A stretch of DNA of 64,000 nt. Origin: an uncultured Actinomycetota bacterium. Lineage in GTDB: Bacteria > Actinomycetota > Actinomycetes > Propionibacteriales > Nocardioidaceae. How positions within the stretch are numbered: the stretch's first letter is position 1; each line of letters begins with the position of its first letter. The notes under the pieces are model-generated. The model made no database searches. It had not been told where the DNA came from and saw only the letters and a list, made by a program, of their open reading frames with translations. Of this stretch, positions 1-9,391 are shown one piece after another. The DNA is taken from assembly GCA_963823965.1 (NCBI GenBank), contig CAWGNO010000014.1, positions 44,698 through 108,697 on the forward strand, read 5' to 3'. Position numbers and translations under genes: made by a program.

Positions 1-473
1 AGGAGATCGAGGTCGCCCCGGAGGACCGCCAGGACCCGACCTGGCTGCGCGGCGGTGGGGTGGGCCGCGACGGATGCCGGGTGCCGATCCCTTGGTCCGG
101 CGACGAGCCGCCCTTCGGCTTCGGCCCCGGCGAGGGCCAGCCGTGGCTCCCGCAGCCGGCGGAGTGGTCGTCGGCGTCGGTGGCCGCCCAGGAGGGCGAC
201 CCGGACTCGACCCTGAGCTTCTACCGTCTCGCGCTGCGCACGCGCCGGGAGGTCACCGACGACCTGCCCGACGAGGTCACCATCCTCGACAGCGCCCCGG
301 ACACGCTGGCGTTCTCGCGGGGCGGCGAGCTGGTCTGCTTCGTCAACTGCGGCGAGGCGTCCGCTCCGGTCCCGGCCGAGGCGGGCGAGCTGGTCGTGTC
401 GAGCGCGCCGCTCGAGGACGGGCGCCTGCCGGCGGACGCGGCAGCCTGGTTCCGCAGCGGACAGGGCCGCTGA
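1..473 (+). CDS. Alpha-glucosidase / GH13 glycoside hydrolase, C-terminal part (5'-truncated by window edge)
   Basis: Frame open from base 3: EIEVAPEDRQDPTWLRGGGVGRDGCRVPIPW...QEGDPDSTLSFYR, typical GH13 alpha-glucosidase C-terminal motifs. Confidence 0.85.
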   Translation, partial: EIEVAPEDRQDPTWLRGGGVGRDGCRVPIPWSGDEPPFGFGPGEGQPWLPQPAEWSSASVAAQEGDPDSTLSFYRLALRTRREVTDDLPDEVTILDSAPDTLAFSRGGELVCFVNCGEASAPVPAEAGELVVSSAPLEDGRLPADAAAWFRSGQGR

Positions 474-490
474 CCCGAGGCCGGCCGGGG

Positions 491-524
491 TGACCCGGGG
501 CCGGATCCGTCCGGTCCCGGGTCA
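491..524. terminator. GC-rich hairpin between convergent genes (probable bidirectional terminator)
   Basis: tgacccggg-g-ccgga/tccg loop/tccgg-t-cccgggtca: 15-bp stem with one G-U pair. Confidence 0.6.
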
Positions 525-535
525 GCCTTCCCGGC

Positions 536-976
536 TCAGCTCTCCAGGGAGGCGTTGTAGCGGCCGAGCTGCTCGGCGAGTCCCGCGAGCTCCTCGGCGG
601 TCCACTCGCCCAGCCGACCCGCCACGTCGCGGCGGCGGAGCGCTCTCAACGTCTCCACGCGCTCGCGAGCGAGGTCGGTCGGGACCAGGATCTGCGCCCG
701 CCGGTCCTCGGGGTCGCAGGACCTCGCGATCAGTCCCAGGGCCTCGAGGTGCACGACGTGGCGACTGACCGCGCCCTTGTCGATCCCGAAGTGCTCGGCG
801 ACCTCCCGCGCGTGTACCCCCTCGTGCTCGACCACGAACGACAGCACGGGTAGCGCGGCAGGCTGGAGCTCGGGGTGGATGCACGAGGCAAACTCGGAGG
901 ACCGCCGGCGCACCCGGTGCACCAGCACGCCGAGCTCCCGCTCGATCCGCAGCAGCGACTCCGTCTTGGTGACCAT
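536..976 (-). CDS. MarR family transcriptional regulator
   Basis: MVTKTESLLRIERELGVL...AREVAEHFGIDKGAVSRHVVHLEALGLIARSCDPEDRRA winged HTH; lies just downstream of the MFS gene on the same strand. Confidence 0.9.
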   Translation of the reverse strand: MVTKTESLLRIERELGVLVHRVRRRSSEFASCIHPELQPAALPVLSFVVEHEGVHAREVAEHFGIDKGAVSRHVVHLEALGLIARSCDPEDRRAQILVPTDLARERVETLRALRRRDVAGRLGEWTAEELAGLAEQLGRYNASLES

Positions 977-992
977 GATGGACCGGAGTCTC

Positions 993-2600
993 TCAGGCAC
1001 CGACCGGCTGCGCCTCGGCCTCGGCCGGGGCGGTCCGTGTCTCGTCGATCTCGTCGGCACGCGCGATGGTCGTGCGCAGCGGCACCTCCCGGATCATCAG
1101 GACCGCGACCAGTGCCAGGACGGCGAACGGGGTGGCCAGCCAGAAGATGTGGCCGGTCGCGTCGGCGAACGCGGTCTGGAACACCTCGCGCACGGGCGCC
1201 GGGAGGGTCGCCAGGTCGGGGACGGACGTGCCGGTCCCCTCGGCACTCGGCGCGATCCCCAGGGCGACGAGTCCGGCGGCGACCCCCGCGCTCACCTTGT
1301 GCCCCAGCGCGGTGCCCATCGCCGAGACCCCGACCGAGCCGCCCATCGTGCGGAAGAAGGCGGCCAGGGAGCTCGCGGCGCCCATGTCGGCCTGGGCTGC
1401 GTTGTTCTGCACCACCAGGACGAGGTTCTGGTTCACCGCCCCGATCCCGATGCCCAGGACGGCCATGAAGGCGCCGACCTCGAACAGGCCGATCGTGGCG
1501 TCGATGGTGCTGAGCAGGGCCAGCCCCGTCACCATCAGGACGGCGCCGCCGACGATGTAGCGCTTCCAGGTGCCGGTCCGGGCGATCAACCGGCCGGTCA
1601 CGATGCTGGAGACGAGCAGGCCTCCGACCATGGCCAGGGACATCAGGCCGGCCCGGGTCGGGGACATGCCGCGGGCGAGCTGGAAGTACTGCGAGAGGAA
1701 GACCGTGGCCCCGAACATCGAGACCCCCACCATGACGGAGGCGAAGACGGCCAGGCTCGTGGTGCGGTCCCGGAAGAGCCGGAGCGGGATGATCGGCTCG
1801 GCGACCCGGGTCTCGACGTACACGAACGCGAGCAGGAGCGCGAAGCCCAGGCCGAGCATCCAGGCGGTCGTCGGCGACTGCCAGGCGAACCGGGTGCCGG
1901 CGAGGGAGACCCAGAGCAGGAGCACCGAGACGCCCGAGGCGACGAGGGCGGCGCCGAGGTAGTCGATCGAGACCTGCCGCTTCACGGTGGGCAGGTGCAG
2001 GGTCTTCTGGAGGACGACGAACGCCAGGGCGGCGAAGGGGACGCCGACGAAGAACGTCCAGCGCCAGCCCAGCCAGGAGGTGTCCACGATGAGCCCGCCG
2101 ATGAGAGGTCCGCTGACCGTGGCGATCGCGAAGACCGCACCGAGGTAGCCGAAGTACCGGCCACGCTCGCGGGGGGAGACGATCGTCGCGATCACGATCT
2201 GGACCAGCGCGGTCAGGCCGCCGACACCGACGCCCTGGACCGCGCGGGCGCCGATGAGGAACCCCATGCTGGGGGCGAGCCCGGCCATCAGCGACCCGGC
2301 CAGGTAGATCACGAGGGCCACCTGCACCAGCACCTTCTTGCTGAACAGGTCGGCCAGCTTGCCCCAGATCGGGGTCGTGGCGGTGAGCGCCAGGAGGGTC
2401 GCCACCACCACCCAGGTGTAGCCCGACTCGCTGCCCTCGAGGTCGGCGACGATGCGCGGGAGCGCGTTCGACACGACCGTCGAGGAGAGCATCGCGACGA
2501 ACATGGCGATCAGGAGGCCGGAGAGGGCTTCCAGCACCTCACGGTGCGACATGGGCTCCGCCGTGTGGGCGGGGGCCGGGGAGTGGGGGGTGCGGGTCAC
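993..2600 (-). CDS. DHA2 (EmrB/QacA-type) 14-TM MFS efflux transporter
   Basis: MLSSTVVSNALPRI, WGKLADLFSKK, ARAVQGVGVGG, RERGRYFG motifs; GTG at 2600 preceded by GAGGA. Confidence 0.92.
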   Translation of the reverse strand: MTRTPHSPAPAHTAEPMSHREVLEALSGLLIAMFVAMLSSTVVSNALPRIVADLEGSESGYTWVVVATLLALTATTPIWGKLADLFSKKVLVQVALVIYLAGSLMAGLAPSMGFLIGARAVQGVGVGGLTALVQIVIATIVSPRERGRYFGYLGAVFAIATVSGPLIGGLIVDTSWLGWRWTFFVGVPFAALAFVVLQKTLHLPTVKRQVSIDYLGAALVASGVSVLLLWVSLAGTRFAWQSPTTAWMLGLGFALLLAFVYVETRVAEPIIPLRLFRDRTTSLAVFASVMVGVSMFGATVFLSQYFQLARGMSPTRAGLMSLAMVGGLLVSSIVTGRLIARTGTWKRYIVGGAVLMVTGLALLSTIDATIGLFEVGAFMAVLGIGIGAVNQNLVLVVQNNAAQADMGAASSLAAFFRTMGGSVGVSAMGTALGHKVSAGVAAGLVALGIAPSAEGTGTSVPDLATLPAPVREVFQTAFADATGHIFWLATPFAVLALVAVLMIREVPLRTTIARADEIDETRTAPAEAEAQPVGA

Positions 2601-2628
2601 GTACGTGGTCCTCGTGGCTCTGGCGGGA

Positions 2629-2677
2629 ATAGTTGCTGTCCGCAACTATAGCTCCGGACGGTTGCCGACGACAACTA
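2629..2677. promoter_or_regulatory. Paired inverted repeats (probable MarR operators) over the MFS promoter
   Basis: ATAGTTGC-tgtcc-GCAACTAT (2629-2649) plus degenerate copy GGTTGC-cgacg-ACAACTA (2660-2677); minus-strand TTGTCG-N18-TATAGT promoter overlaps both. Confidence 0.65.
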
Positions 2678-2699
2678 ATTTCACCTGCCGGAAATGTTC

Positions 2700-2729
2700 T
2701 TGTCGCGCTCACCAGGGCCGTCGTACCGT
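2700..2729 (+). promoter_or_regulatory. Principal-sigma-type promoter for the small ORF/RNA locus
   Basis: TTGTCG (2700-2705)-N18-TACCGT (2724-2729). Confidence 0.5.
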
Positions 2730-2760
2730 GGAGGGACACGAGGAAGGAGGTGGTCCAGAA

Positions 2761-2799
2761 GTGAATTCTTTACGGACTCGTGAGGTGGCTGCTAGCTAG
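2761..2799 (+). CDS. Candidate 12-aa small peptide (VNSLRTREVAAS)
   Basis: Perfect SD AAGGAGGT at 2744-2751, 9 nt before GTG; upstream promoter; stop codon lies in a 16-bp palindrome. Confidence 0.45.
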   Translation: MNSLRTREVAAS

Positions 2800-2872
2800 C
2801 AGCACACCGGCCAGCACGACTGTGCCCTTCGGCATGAGACCGGTGGGCAGCTGGCAATACCGAGCAGTCACC

Positions 2873-2952
2873 CGACCCGCAGGTGCTCCGGGACGTCCGC
2901 CCGGAGAGCGACCGTCCTCGTCGAGGACGGAGCCGCACACGCCTGCGGGTCG
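2873..2952 (+). ncRNA. Structured RNA element (three-way junction), family unassigned
   Basis: Perfect 11-bp closing stem 2873-2883/2942-2952 enclosing perfect hairpins 2886-2906 (7 bp) and 2912-2930 (8 bp). Confidence 0.5.
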
Positions 2953-2970
2953 TCTGCGTTCCGAGGGCCG

Positions 2971-5058
2971 TCAGGACACGGCCGGCGCAGCGAACTGCGC
3001 GCCGTGGAGCGCGGCGTACGCCCCTTCTGCCGCCAGCAGCTCCGCGTGGGTGCCCCGCTCGACGATCCGGCCCTCCTCCATCACGAGGATCAGGTCCGCG
3101 TCGCGGATCGTCGAGAGCCGGTGCGCGATGACGAAGCTGGTCCGGTCGGTCCGCAGCGCCGCCATGGCGTGCTGGACCAGCAGCTCGGTGCGGGTGTCCA
3201 CCGAGCTGGTCGCCTCGTCCAGGATCAGCAGGGCGGGGTCGGACAGGAACGCCCGGGCGATCGTGACCAGCTGCCGCTCCCCTGCGCTGATGTTGCCGCC
3301 CTCCTCGTCGATGACGGTGTCGTAGCCGCCCGGAAGCGCGTGCACGAACCGGTCGACGAAGGCCGCCTGCGCCGCCTCGACGATCTCCTCCTCCGTGGCG
3401 TCCGGCCTGCCGTAGGCGATGTTGTCGCGGATGGTGCCGCCGAACAGCCACGTGTCCTGGAGCACCATCCCGATCTGCGACCGCAGCTCGGCCCGCGGCA
3501 TCCGCGCGATGTCGACGCCGTCCAGCGTGATCCGGCCCTCGTCGACGTCGTAGAACCGCATCACCAGGTTCACCAGGGTCGTCTTGCCCGCGCCCGTGGG
3601 ACCCACGATGGCCACCGTCTGCCCCGGCCGCGCGACCAGCGACAGGTCCTCGATCAGGGGCGTGTCCTCCTCGTAGCGGAAGGAGACGTGCTCGAGGGCC
3701 ACCTCGCCGCGCTGCTCGGGAGCCGCACCTTCGCGGGCGACCTCGACCGGCTCCTCCTCGGCGTCGAGCAGCTCGAAGACGCGCTCGGCCGAGGCGACGC
3801 CGGACTGCAGCAGGTTCACCATGGACGCCACCTGCGTCAGCGGCTGGGTGAACTGCCGGGAGTACTGGATGAACGCTTGCACGTCCCCGAGCGACATCGT
3901 GCCGCCGGCGACCCGCAACCCGCCGAGGACCGCGATCACCACGTAGTTGAGGTTCCCGATGAACATCATCGTCGGCATGATCACGCCGGAGACGAACTGC
4001 GCTCCGAAGCTGGCCTTGAACAGCTCCTCGTTCTCCTCGTCGAAGACCTGCTCCACCTCGCGCTGGCGGCCGAACACCTTGACCAGGGCATGCCCGGTGT
4101 AGGCCTCCTCGACGTGTGCGTTGAGCCGGCCGGTGCGCCGCCACTGCGCGACGAAGAGCTTCTGGCTGCGCCTCATGATCGCGCCGGTGACCAGGATGCT
4201 CACCGGGATCGTGACCAGGGCGACCAGCGCCAGGACCGGCGAGATCCAGAACATCATCGCCACCACGCCCACGACGGTCAGCAGCGAGGTCACCAGCTGG
4301 CTCATCGTCTGCTGCAGGGTCTGGCTGACGTTGTCGATGTCGTTGGTGACCCGGCTGAGCAGCTCGCCGCGGGGCTGCTTGTCGAAGTAGCGCAATGGCA
4401 GCCGGTTGATCTTCTCCTCCACGTCGGCGCGCATCCGGAAGACCGTGGCCTGCACGACGTCGTTGAGCAGGAAGCCCTGCAGCCACCCGAGTGCGGCGGA
4501 CGCGACGTACACACCCAGCGCCAGCAGGAGGACCTGCCCGACGGCGGAGAAGTCCACCCCCTGCCCCGGGACCAGGTGGTCGACCCCGGACAGCAGCTCG
4601 GCGATCTGGTCCTCGCCGCGTGCCCGCGCGGCGGCGACGGCCTGCTGCTGCGTGATGCCCGGCGGCATCTGCTTGCCGAGCACGCCGGCGAAGATCAGGT
4701 CCGTCGCGCGGCCGAGGATCTTGGGCCCGACCACGGCGAGGGCCACGCTGAGCACGCCGAGGGAGAGGACGGTGAGCACCTTCGCGCGCTGCGGCCGGAG
4801 CCGCCCGATGAGCCGGCGCGCGGACGGCCCGAAGTTCTCGGACTTCTGGCCCACCATGCCGCCGCCGAAGGGTCCGCGCCCGGGGCCGGGGCCCTGGACG
4901 ACCCGCTCGGTCTCCTTCATCCGCCCCGAGGCAGCCGCTGCAGCCTGGCCGTCGCCCGCCGGGCCCTGCCCGTCGCCCGCACCCGGCCTGTGCCCGTTGG
5001 TCGACAGCGATGCCTGGCCGTCGGTACCGGGCTTCTGCCCGTTGGTCTGCCCGCTCAC
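2971..5058 (-). CDS. ABC exporter subunit (TMD+NBD), heterodimer partner with canonical catalytic residues
   Basis: Walker [10 protein letters not shown], signature ISAGERQL, Walker [10 protein letters not shown]-switch IAHRLST; N-terminal TM domain. Confidence 0.93.
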   Translation of the reverse strand: MSGQTNGQKPGTDGQASLSTNGHRPGAGDGQGPAGDGQAAAAASGRMKETERVVQGPGPGRGPFGGGMVGQKSENFGPSARRLIGRLRPQRAKVLTVLSLGVLSVALAVVGPKILGRATDLIFAGVLGKQMPPGITQQQAVAAARARGEDQIAELLSGVDHLVPGQGVDFSAVGQVLLLALGVYVASAALGWLQGFLLNDVVQATVFRMRADVEEKINRLPLRYFDKQPRGELLSRVTNDIDNVSQTLQQTMSQLVTSLLTVVGVVAMMFWISPVLALVALVTIPVSILVTGAIMRRSQKLFVAQWRRTGRLNAHVEEAYTGHALVKVFGRQREVEQVFDEENEELFKASFGAQFVSGVIMPTMMFIGNLNYVVIAVLGGLRVAGGTMSLGDVQAFIQYSRQFTQPLTQVASMVNLLQSGVASAERVFELLDAEEEPVEVAREGAAPEQRGEVALEHVSFRYEEDTPLIEDLSLVARPGQTVAIVGPTGAGKTTLVNLVMRFYDVDEGRITLDGVDIARMPRAELRSQIGMVLQDTWLFGGTIRDNIAYGRPDATEEEIVEAAQAAFVDRFVHALPGGYDTVIDEEGGNISAGERQLVTIARAFLSDPALLILDEATSSVDTRTELLVQHAMAALRTDRTSFVIAHRLSTIRDADLILVMEEGRIVERGTHAELLAAEGAYAALHGAQFAAPAVS

Positions 5059-6788
5059 GCCGCACTCTCCGCGGTCAGCTGCGAGGAGACGATCTCCTGG
5101 TAGGTCTCACAGGTCTCCAGCAGCTCCTCGTGGGTGCCCTGCCCCACGACCATCCCGCCCTCCAGGACGAGGATCTGGTCCGCGTGCACGATCGTCGAGA
5201 CCCGCTGCGCCACGATCAGGACCGTCGACTCGGCGGCGACCGGCGCGAGCGCCTGGCGGAGGCGGACGTCGGTGGCGAGGTCCAGCGCCGAGAAGGAGTC
5301 GTCGAACAGGTAGATCCGGGGACGCTTGACCACGGCACGGGCGATCGCGAGCCGCTGCCGCTGTCCGCCCGAGACGTTCGTGCCGCCCTGTGCGATCGGG
5401 GCCTCCAGGCCGCCGGGCATCGCCTCCACGAAGTCACGCGCCTGCGCCACCTCGAGCGCGGCCCACATCTCCTCCTCGGTGGCGTCCGGCTTGCCGTAGC
5501 GCAGGTTGCTGGCGACCGTGCCCGAGAACAGGTACGCCTTCTGCGGCACCAGACCGATGCTGTCCCAGAGCACCTCCGGGTCGATCCGGCGTACGTCCAC
5601 GCCGTCGACGTACACGGCTCCGGAGGTGGCGTCGAAGAGCCGCGGCACCAGGTTGACCAGCGTGGTCTTGCCGGCGCCGGTCGAGCCGATGATGGCCGTC
5701 GTCCGCCCGGGCCGGGCGGCGAAGGTGATCTCGCGCAGCACCGGGTCGTCGGCGCCGGGGTAGCTGAACCCGACGTCGCGCAGCTCCACCTCACCGAGCA
5801 GCGACTCGGGCCGCACCGGGTCGGCGGGAGGCACGACGGAGGACTCGGTGTCGAGGACCTGCTTGATCCGGTCGGCACACACCGCCGCGCGCGGCACCAT
5901 CACCAGCATGAACGTCGCCATCATCACCGACATCAGGATCTGCACCAGGTAGGCCAGGAAGGCCGTCAGAGACCCCACCTGCATCGACCCGGCGTCGACC
6001 CGGTGGCCGCCGAACCACAGCACCGCCACGCTGGAGACGTTGAGGATCAGCATGACCGCGGGGAACATCGTCGCCATCCAGCGCCCGACGGTGATCGCCA
6101 CCCCGGTGAGCTCGGCGTTGGCGTCCTCGAAGCGGCGGGTCTCGTAGGGCTCGCGGACGAAGGCGCGGACGACCCGGATGCCGGTGATCTGCTCGCGCAG
6201 GATCCGGTTCACCGCGTCGATGCGCTCCTGCATCACGCGGAAGCCGGGGAGCATGCGGGAGGCGATGAAGCCGACCGTCACCACCAGCGCGGGCACTGCC
6301 ACCACCAGCAGCCACGACAGCCCGAGGTCCTGGCGCATCGCCATCACCACGCCGCCGACCATCATGATCGGCGCCGTCGCCATCATCGTGCAGCCGAGCA
6401 GCACCAGCATCTGCACCTGCTGCACGTCGTTGGTGTTGCGCGTGATCAGCGACGGCGCACCGAACTGGTCGACCTCGCGCCCGGAGAACGACCCGACCCG
6501 GTGGAAGATCCCCGCGCGCACGTCGCGGCCGAACGCCATCGCCGTGCGGGCGCCGAACCAGACCGCGGTGATCGTGCAGGTGATCTGCACCAGCGCGACG
6601 GCCAGCATGACCGCGCCGATGCGGACGATGTAGCCGGTGTCGCCGCGGGCCACGCCGTTGTCGATGATGTCGGCGTTGAGCGTCGGCAGGTACAGCGCCG
6701 CCATCGTCCCGAGGAACTGGAGAGCGACGACGGCGGTGAGCTCACGCCGGTAGGCGTCGAGGTAGGTGGTGAGGAGGCGGACCAGCAT
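5055..6788 (-). CDS. ABC exporter subunit (TMD+NBD), degenerate-site partner
   Basis: [37 protein letters not shown]; 4-nt overlap with the partner gene. Confidence 0.93.
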   Translation of the reverse strand: MLVRLLTTYLDAYRRELTAVVALQFLGTMAALYLPTLNADIIDNGVARGDTGYIVRIGAVMLAVALVQITCTITAVWFGARTAMAFGRDVRAGIFHRVGSFSGREVDQFGAPSLITRNTNDVQQVQMLVLLGCTMMATAPIMMVGGVVMAMRQDLGLSWLLVVAVPALVVTVGFIASRMLPGFRVMQERIDAVNRILREQITGIRVVRAFVREPYETRRFEDANAELTGVAITVGRWMATMFPAVMLILNVSSVAVLWFGGHRVDAGSMQVGSLTAFLAYLVQILMSVMMATFMLVMVPRAAVCADRIKQVLDTESSVVPPADPVRPESLLGEVELRDVGFSYPGADDPVLREITFAARPGRTTAIIGSTGAGKTTLVNLVPRLFDATSGAVYVDGVDVRRIDPEVLWDSIGLVPQKAYLFSGTVASNLRYGKPDATEEEMWAALEVAQARDFVEAMPGGLEAPIAQGGTNVSGGQRQRLAIARAVVKRPRIYLFDDSFSALDLATDVRLRQALAPVAAESTVLIVAQRVSTIVHADQILVLEGGMVVGQGTHEELLETCETYQEIVSSQLTAESAA

Positions 6789-6811
6789 CAGCGGTCCTCG
6801 ACAAGCGGCAT
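6788..6811 (-). CDS. Candidate leaderless uORF MPLVEDR coupled (TGATG) to the ABC operon
   Basis: TACGCT -10 lies 6 nt before the ATG; the stop overlaps the ABC start codon. Confidence 0.35.
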   Translation of the reverse strand: MPLVEDR

Positions 6812-6833
6812 GAGCCCAGCGTAGTGAGCCGGG

Positions 6834-7490
6834 TCAGGGCGCAAGGCGATCCGTGACCCAGGGCGCGCCGTCCTGGTCCGACGTACGGCGGTAACGGAGC
6901 CGGTCGTGCATGCGCCCGAGCCGCCCCTGCCAGAACTCCACCACGTCCGGTACGACGCAGAACCCGCCCCAGTTGGGGGGCCGGGGAACCTCGCCGTCGC
7001 TGAAGCGGGCCGCTGCCTCGGCATACCGGGCGTCGAGCTCGTCGCGCCCCGCCACGACCTCCGACTGCGGCGACGCCCACGCCCCGAGCTGGGACGCGTG
7101 CGGGCGGCTGGAGAAGTACGCGTCGTTCTCCGTGTCGGTCAGACGGACCGCCTCCCCCTCGACCCGCACCTGTCGCTCGAGCGGGTGCCAGGGGAACAGC
7201 AGGGAGCACCGCGGGTTGGCGGTCAGCTCGCCGCCCTTCCGAGAGTCGTAGTTGGTGAAGAAGACGAAGCCACGCTGGTCGAGTCCCTTGAGCAGCACGA
7301 TCCGCGAGGCCGGCGTACCGTCGCGACCGACCGTGGCCAGCACGAACGCGTTGGGCTCGTGCAGCCCGGCCCGGACCGCGTCGTGCATCCAGTGCCGGAA
7401 CATGGCCACCGGGTCCGCCTCCAGGTCGGACTCGTGGAGCCCCCCGGCGGCGTACTCCCGCCTCAGATCACTGAGCTCTCGCGCATCCAC
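6834..7490 (-). CDS. pdxH: Pyridoxine/pyridoxamine 5'-phosphate oxidase
   Basis: LRREY, EPNAFVLATV, RIVLLKG, FFTNYDSRKG, YFSSRPHASQLGAWASPQS, EFWQGRLGRMHDR; GTG 7490 with TACATT 7 nt upstream (leaderless). Confidence 0.96.
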   Translation of the reverse strand: MDARELSDLRREYAAGGLHESDLEADPVAMFRHWMHDAVRAGLHEPNAFVLATVGRDGTPASRIVLLKGLDQRGFVFFTNYDSRKGGELTANPRCSLLFPWHPLERQVRVEGEAVRLTDTENDAYFSSRPHASQLGAWASPQSEVVAGRDELDARYAEAAARFSDGEVPRPPNWGGFCVVPDVVEFWQGRLGRMHDRLRYRRTSDQDGAPWVTDRLAP

Positions 7491-7592
7491 GGAGTTGAAT
7501 GTAGTAGTCCGAGCCGCGTACCGGCGTGACTCCGTCACACCGGGCGGGGCAGAATGCCGAGTCGGACATCAAAGTGGACAAAAGGAGTCGAC

Positions 7593-8693
7593 ATGAGCGA
7601 GGTACGGCCCGGACTCGAAGGCGTCGTGGCGTTCGAGACCGAGATCGCCGAGCCGGACAAGGAGGGCTCAGCCCTCCGGTACCGCGGCGTCGACATCGAG
7701 GAGCTGGTCGGCCGCGTCCCGTTCGAGAAGGTCTGGGGCCTCCTCGTCGACGGCGGCTACGAGCCCGGCCTCCCGCCCGCGGAGCCCTTCCCGCTCCCGG
7801 TGCACTCGGGTGACATCCGCGTCGACGTGCAGAGCGCGGTCGCGCTGCTTGCGCCGGCCTGGGGGATGCGCCCGCTGTACGACATCGACGACGCCCAGGC
7901 GCGCGAGGACCTCGGCCGCGCCGCGGTGATGGTGCTCTCCTACGTCGCCCAGGCCGCGCGCGGCCTCGGCCAGCCGATGGTCCCCCAGAGCGAGGTGGAC
8001 AAGGCCGGCTCGATCACCGAGCGCTTCATGATCCGGTGGCGCGGCGAGCCCGACCCGGCCCACGTCAAGGCAGTCGACGCCTACTGGGTCTCCGCCGCCG
8101 AGCACGGCATGAACGCCTCCACCTTCACCTCACGCGTGGTTGCCTCCACCGGTGCCGACGTCGGGGCCGCGCTCTCCGCCGCGGTCGGGGCGATGAGCGG
8201 CCCGCTGCACGGTGGCGCCCCCTCCCGCGTCCTGCACATGATCGAGGAGGTCGAGCGCCGCGGGGACGCCCGCTCCTACGTCAAGGAGCTGCTCGACAAC
8301 CACGAGCGCCTGATGGGCTTCGGACACCGCGTCTACCGCGCCGAGGACCCGCGGGCCCGCACCCTCCGCCGTACCGCCAAGGAGCTCAACGCGCCGCGGG
8401 CCGAGGTGGCCGAGGCTCTGGAGCAGGCCGCCCTCGCCGAGCTGCGCGAGCGCCGGCCCGACCGGGTCCTCGAGACCAACGTGGAGTTCTGGGCCGCGAT
8501 CGTCCTCGACTTCGCCCAGGTGCCGCCGCACATGTTCACCTCGATGTTCACCTGCGCCCGCACCGCGGGATGGTCGGCCCACATCATGGAGCAGAAGCGG
8601 ACCGGCCGGCTGATCCGGCCGTCCGCGAAGTACGTCGGGCCGAGCGAGCGGAAGGCCGAGGACGTCACCGGGTGGAACCCGGCCTGGGCGTGA
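7593..8693 (+). CDS. citA: Citrate synthase 2 (actinobacterial CitA type)
   Basis: GLEGVVAFETEI, AEHGMNASTFT, SGPLHGGAP, LMGFGHRVY, ETNVEFW; SD AAAGGAG. Confidence 0.95.
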   Translation: MSEVRPGLEGVVAFETEIAEPDKEGSALRYRGVDIEELVGRVPFEKVWGLLVDGGYEPGLPPAEPFPLPVHSGDIRVDVQSAVALLAPAWGMRPLYDIDDAQAREDLGRAAVMVLSYVAQAARGLGQPMVPQSEVDKAGSITERFMIRWRGEPDPAHVKAVDAYWVSAAEHGMNASTFTSRVVASTGADVGAALSAAVGAMSGPLHGGAPSRVLHMIEEVERRGDARSYVKELLDNHERLMGFGHRVYRAEDPRARTLRRTAKELNAPRAEVAEALEQAALAELRERRPDRVLETNVEFWAAIVLDFAQVPPHMFTSMFTCARTAGWSAHIMEQKRTGRLIRPSAKYVGPSERKAEDVTGWNPAWA

Positions 8694-9304
8694 GCTCGCC
8701 GGAGCGCGCCCGCCTCGATGCGGTCCGGGCCGAGTGGGACGGCTACGCCGCGGCGTTCGACGACGAGCCGGACCACGGCCTCCGTGACCCCGAGGTGAGA
8801 GCCGCCTGGCGCGAGCTGCTGCTGCGGCACCTGCCGGCCGCGCCCGCCCGGGTGGCCGACCTCGGGTGCGGGACCGGCAGCCTCTCGGTGCTGCTCGCCG
8901 GAGAGGACTACGCCGTGCACGGGCTCGACCTGTCCGACGAGATGGTCGCTCGCGCCCGGCGCAAGGCCGCCGACGCCGAGGTGGACGTGACGTTCTCCCA
9001 GGGAGACGCCTCGGCCCCGACCCTCGAGCCCGGCACGTACGACGTGGTGCTCTGCCGACACGTCCTCTGGGCGCTTCCCGACCCGTCGGCCGCCCTCGGT
9101 CGCTGGGTCGACCTGCTCTTGCCTGGTGGCCGGCTCCTGCTCGTCGAGGGTCGCTGGAGCACGGGGGCAGGGATCGCTGCGGACACCGCCGAAGCCCTGG
9201 TGCGCGCGCACCGCTCGGAGGTGGTGGTGCAGCGCCTTCCGGAGCCCGATTACTGGGGCGCCGAGATCGATGACGACCGCTATCTCCTGGTGAGCACCCG
9301 CTGA
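8690..9304 (+). CDS. Class I SAM-dependent methyltransferase
   Basis: VADLGCGTG motif I, GLDLSDEM, DVVLCRHVLW; GTGA overlap with citA stop. Confidence 0.85.
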   Translation: MSSPERARLDAVRAEWDGYAAAFDDEPDHGLRDPEVRAAWRELLLRHLPAAPARVADLGCGTGSLSVLLAGEDYAVHGLDLSDEMVARARRKAADAEVDVTFSQGDASAPTLEPGTYDVVLCRHVLWALPDPSAALGRWVDLLLPGGRLLLVEGRWSTGAGIAADTAEALVRAHRSEVVVQRLPEPDYWGAEIDDDRYLLVSTR

Positions 9305-9391
9305 GGCGAGGATGCCAGGCACGGGCGGGCGTCGGGCCCCTCAGCGTCCGACCGTAGGGCACGTCGGACCCAGGAACACCTCGACGACCCG

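Noticed and set aside
2873-2952. Self-cleaving ribozyme (hammerhead/HDV) interpretation of the three-way junction
   Set aside because: No CUGAnGA/GAAA core or nested pseudoknot seen
777-5103. Long plus-strand ORFs opposite the MFS and ABC genes (777-2651, 3004-5103)
   Set aside because: Stop-poor antisense frames typical of high-GC DNA; no motifs, and they fully overlap well-supported minus-strand genes
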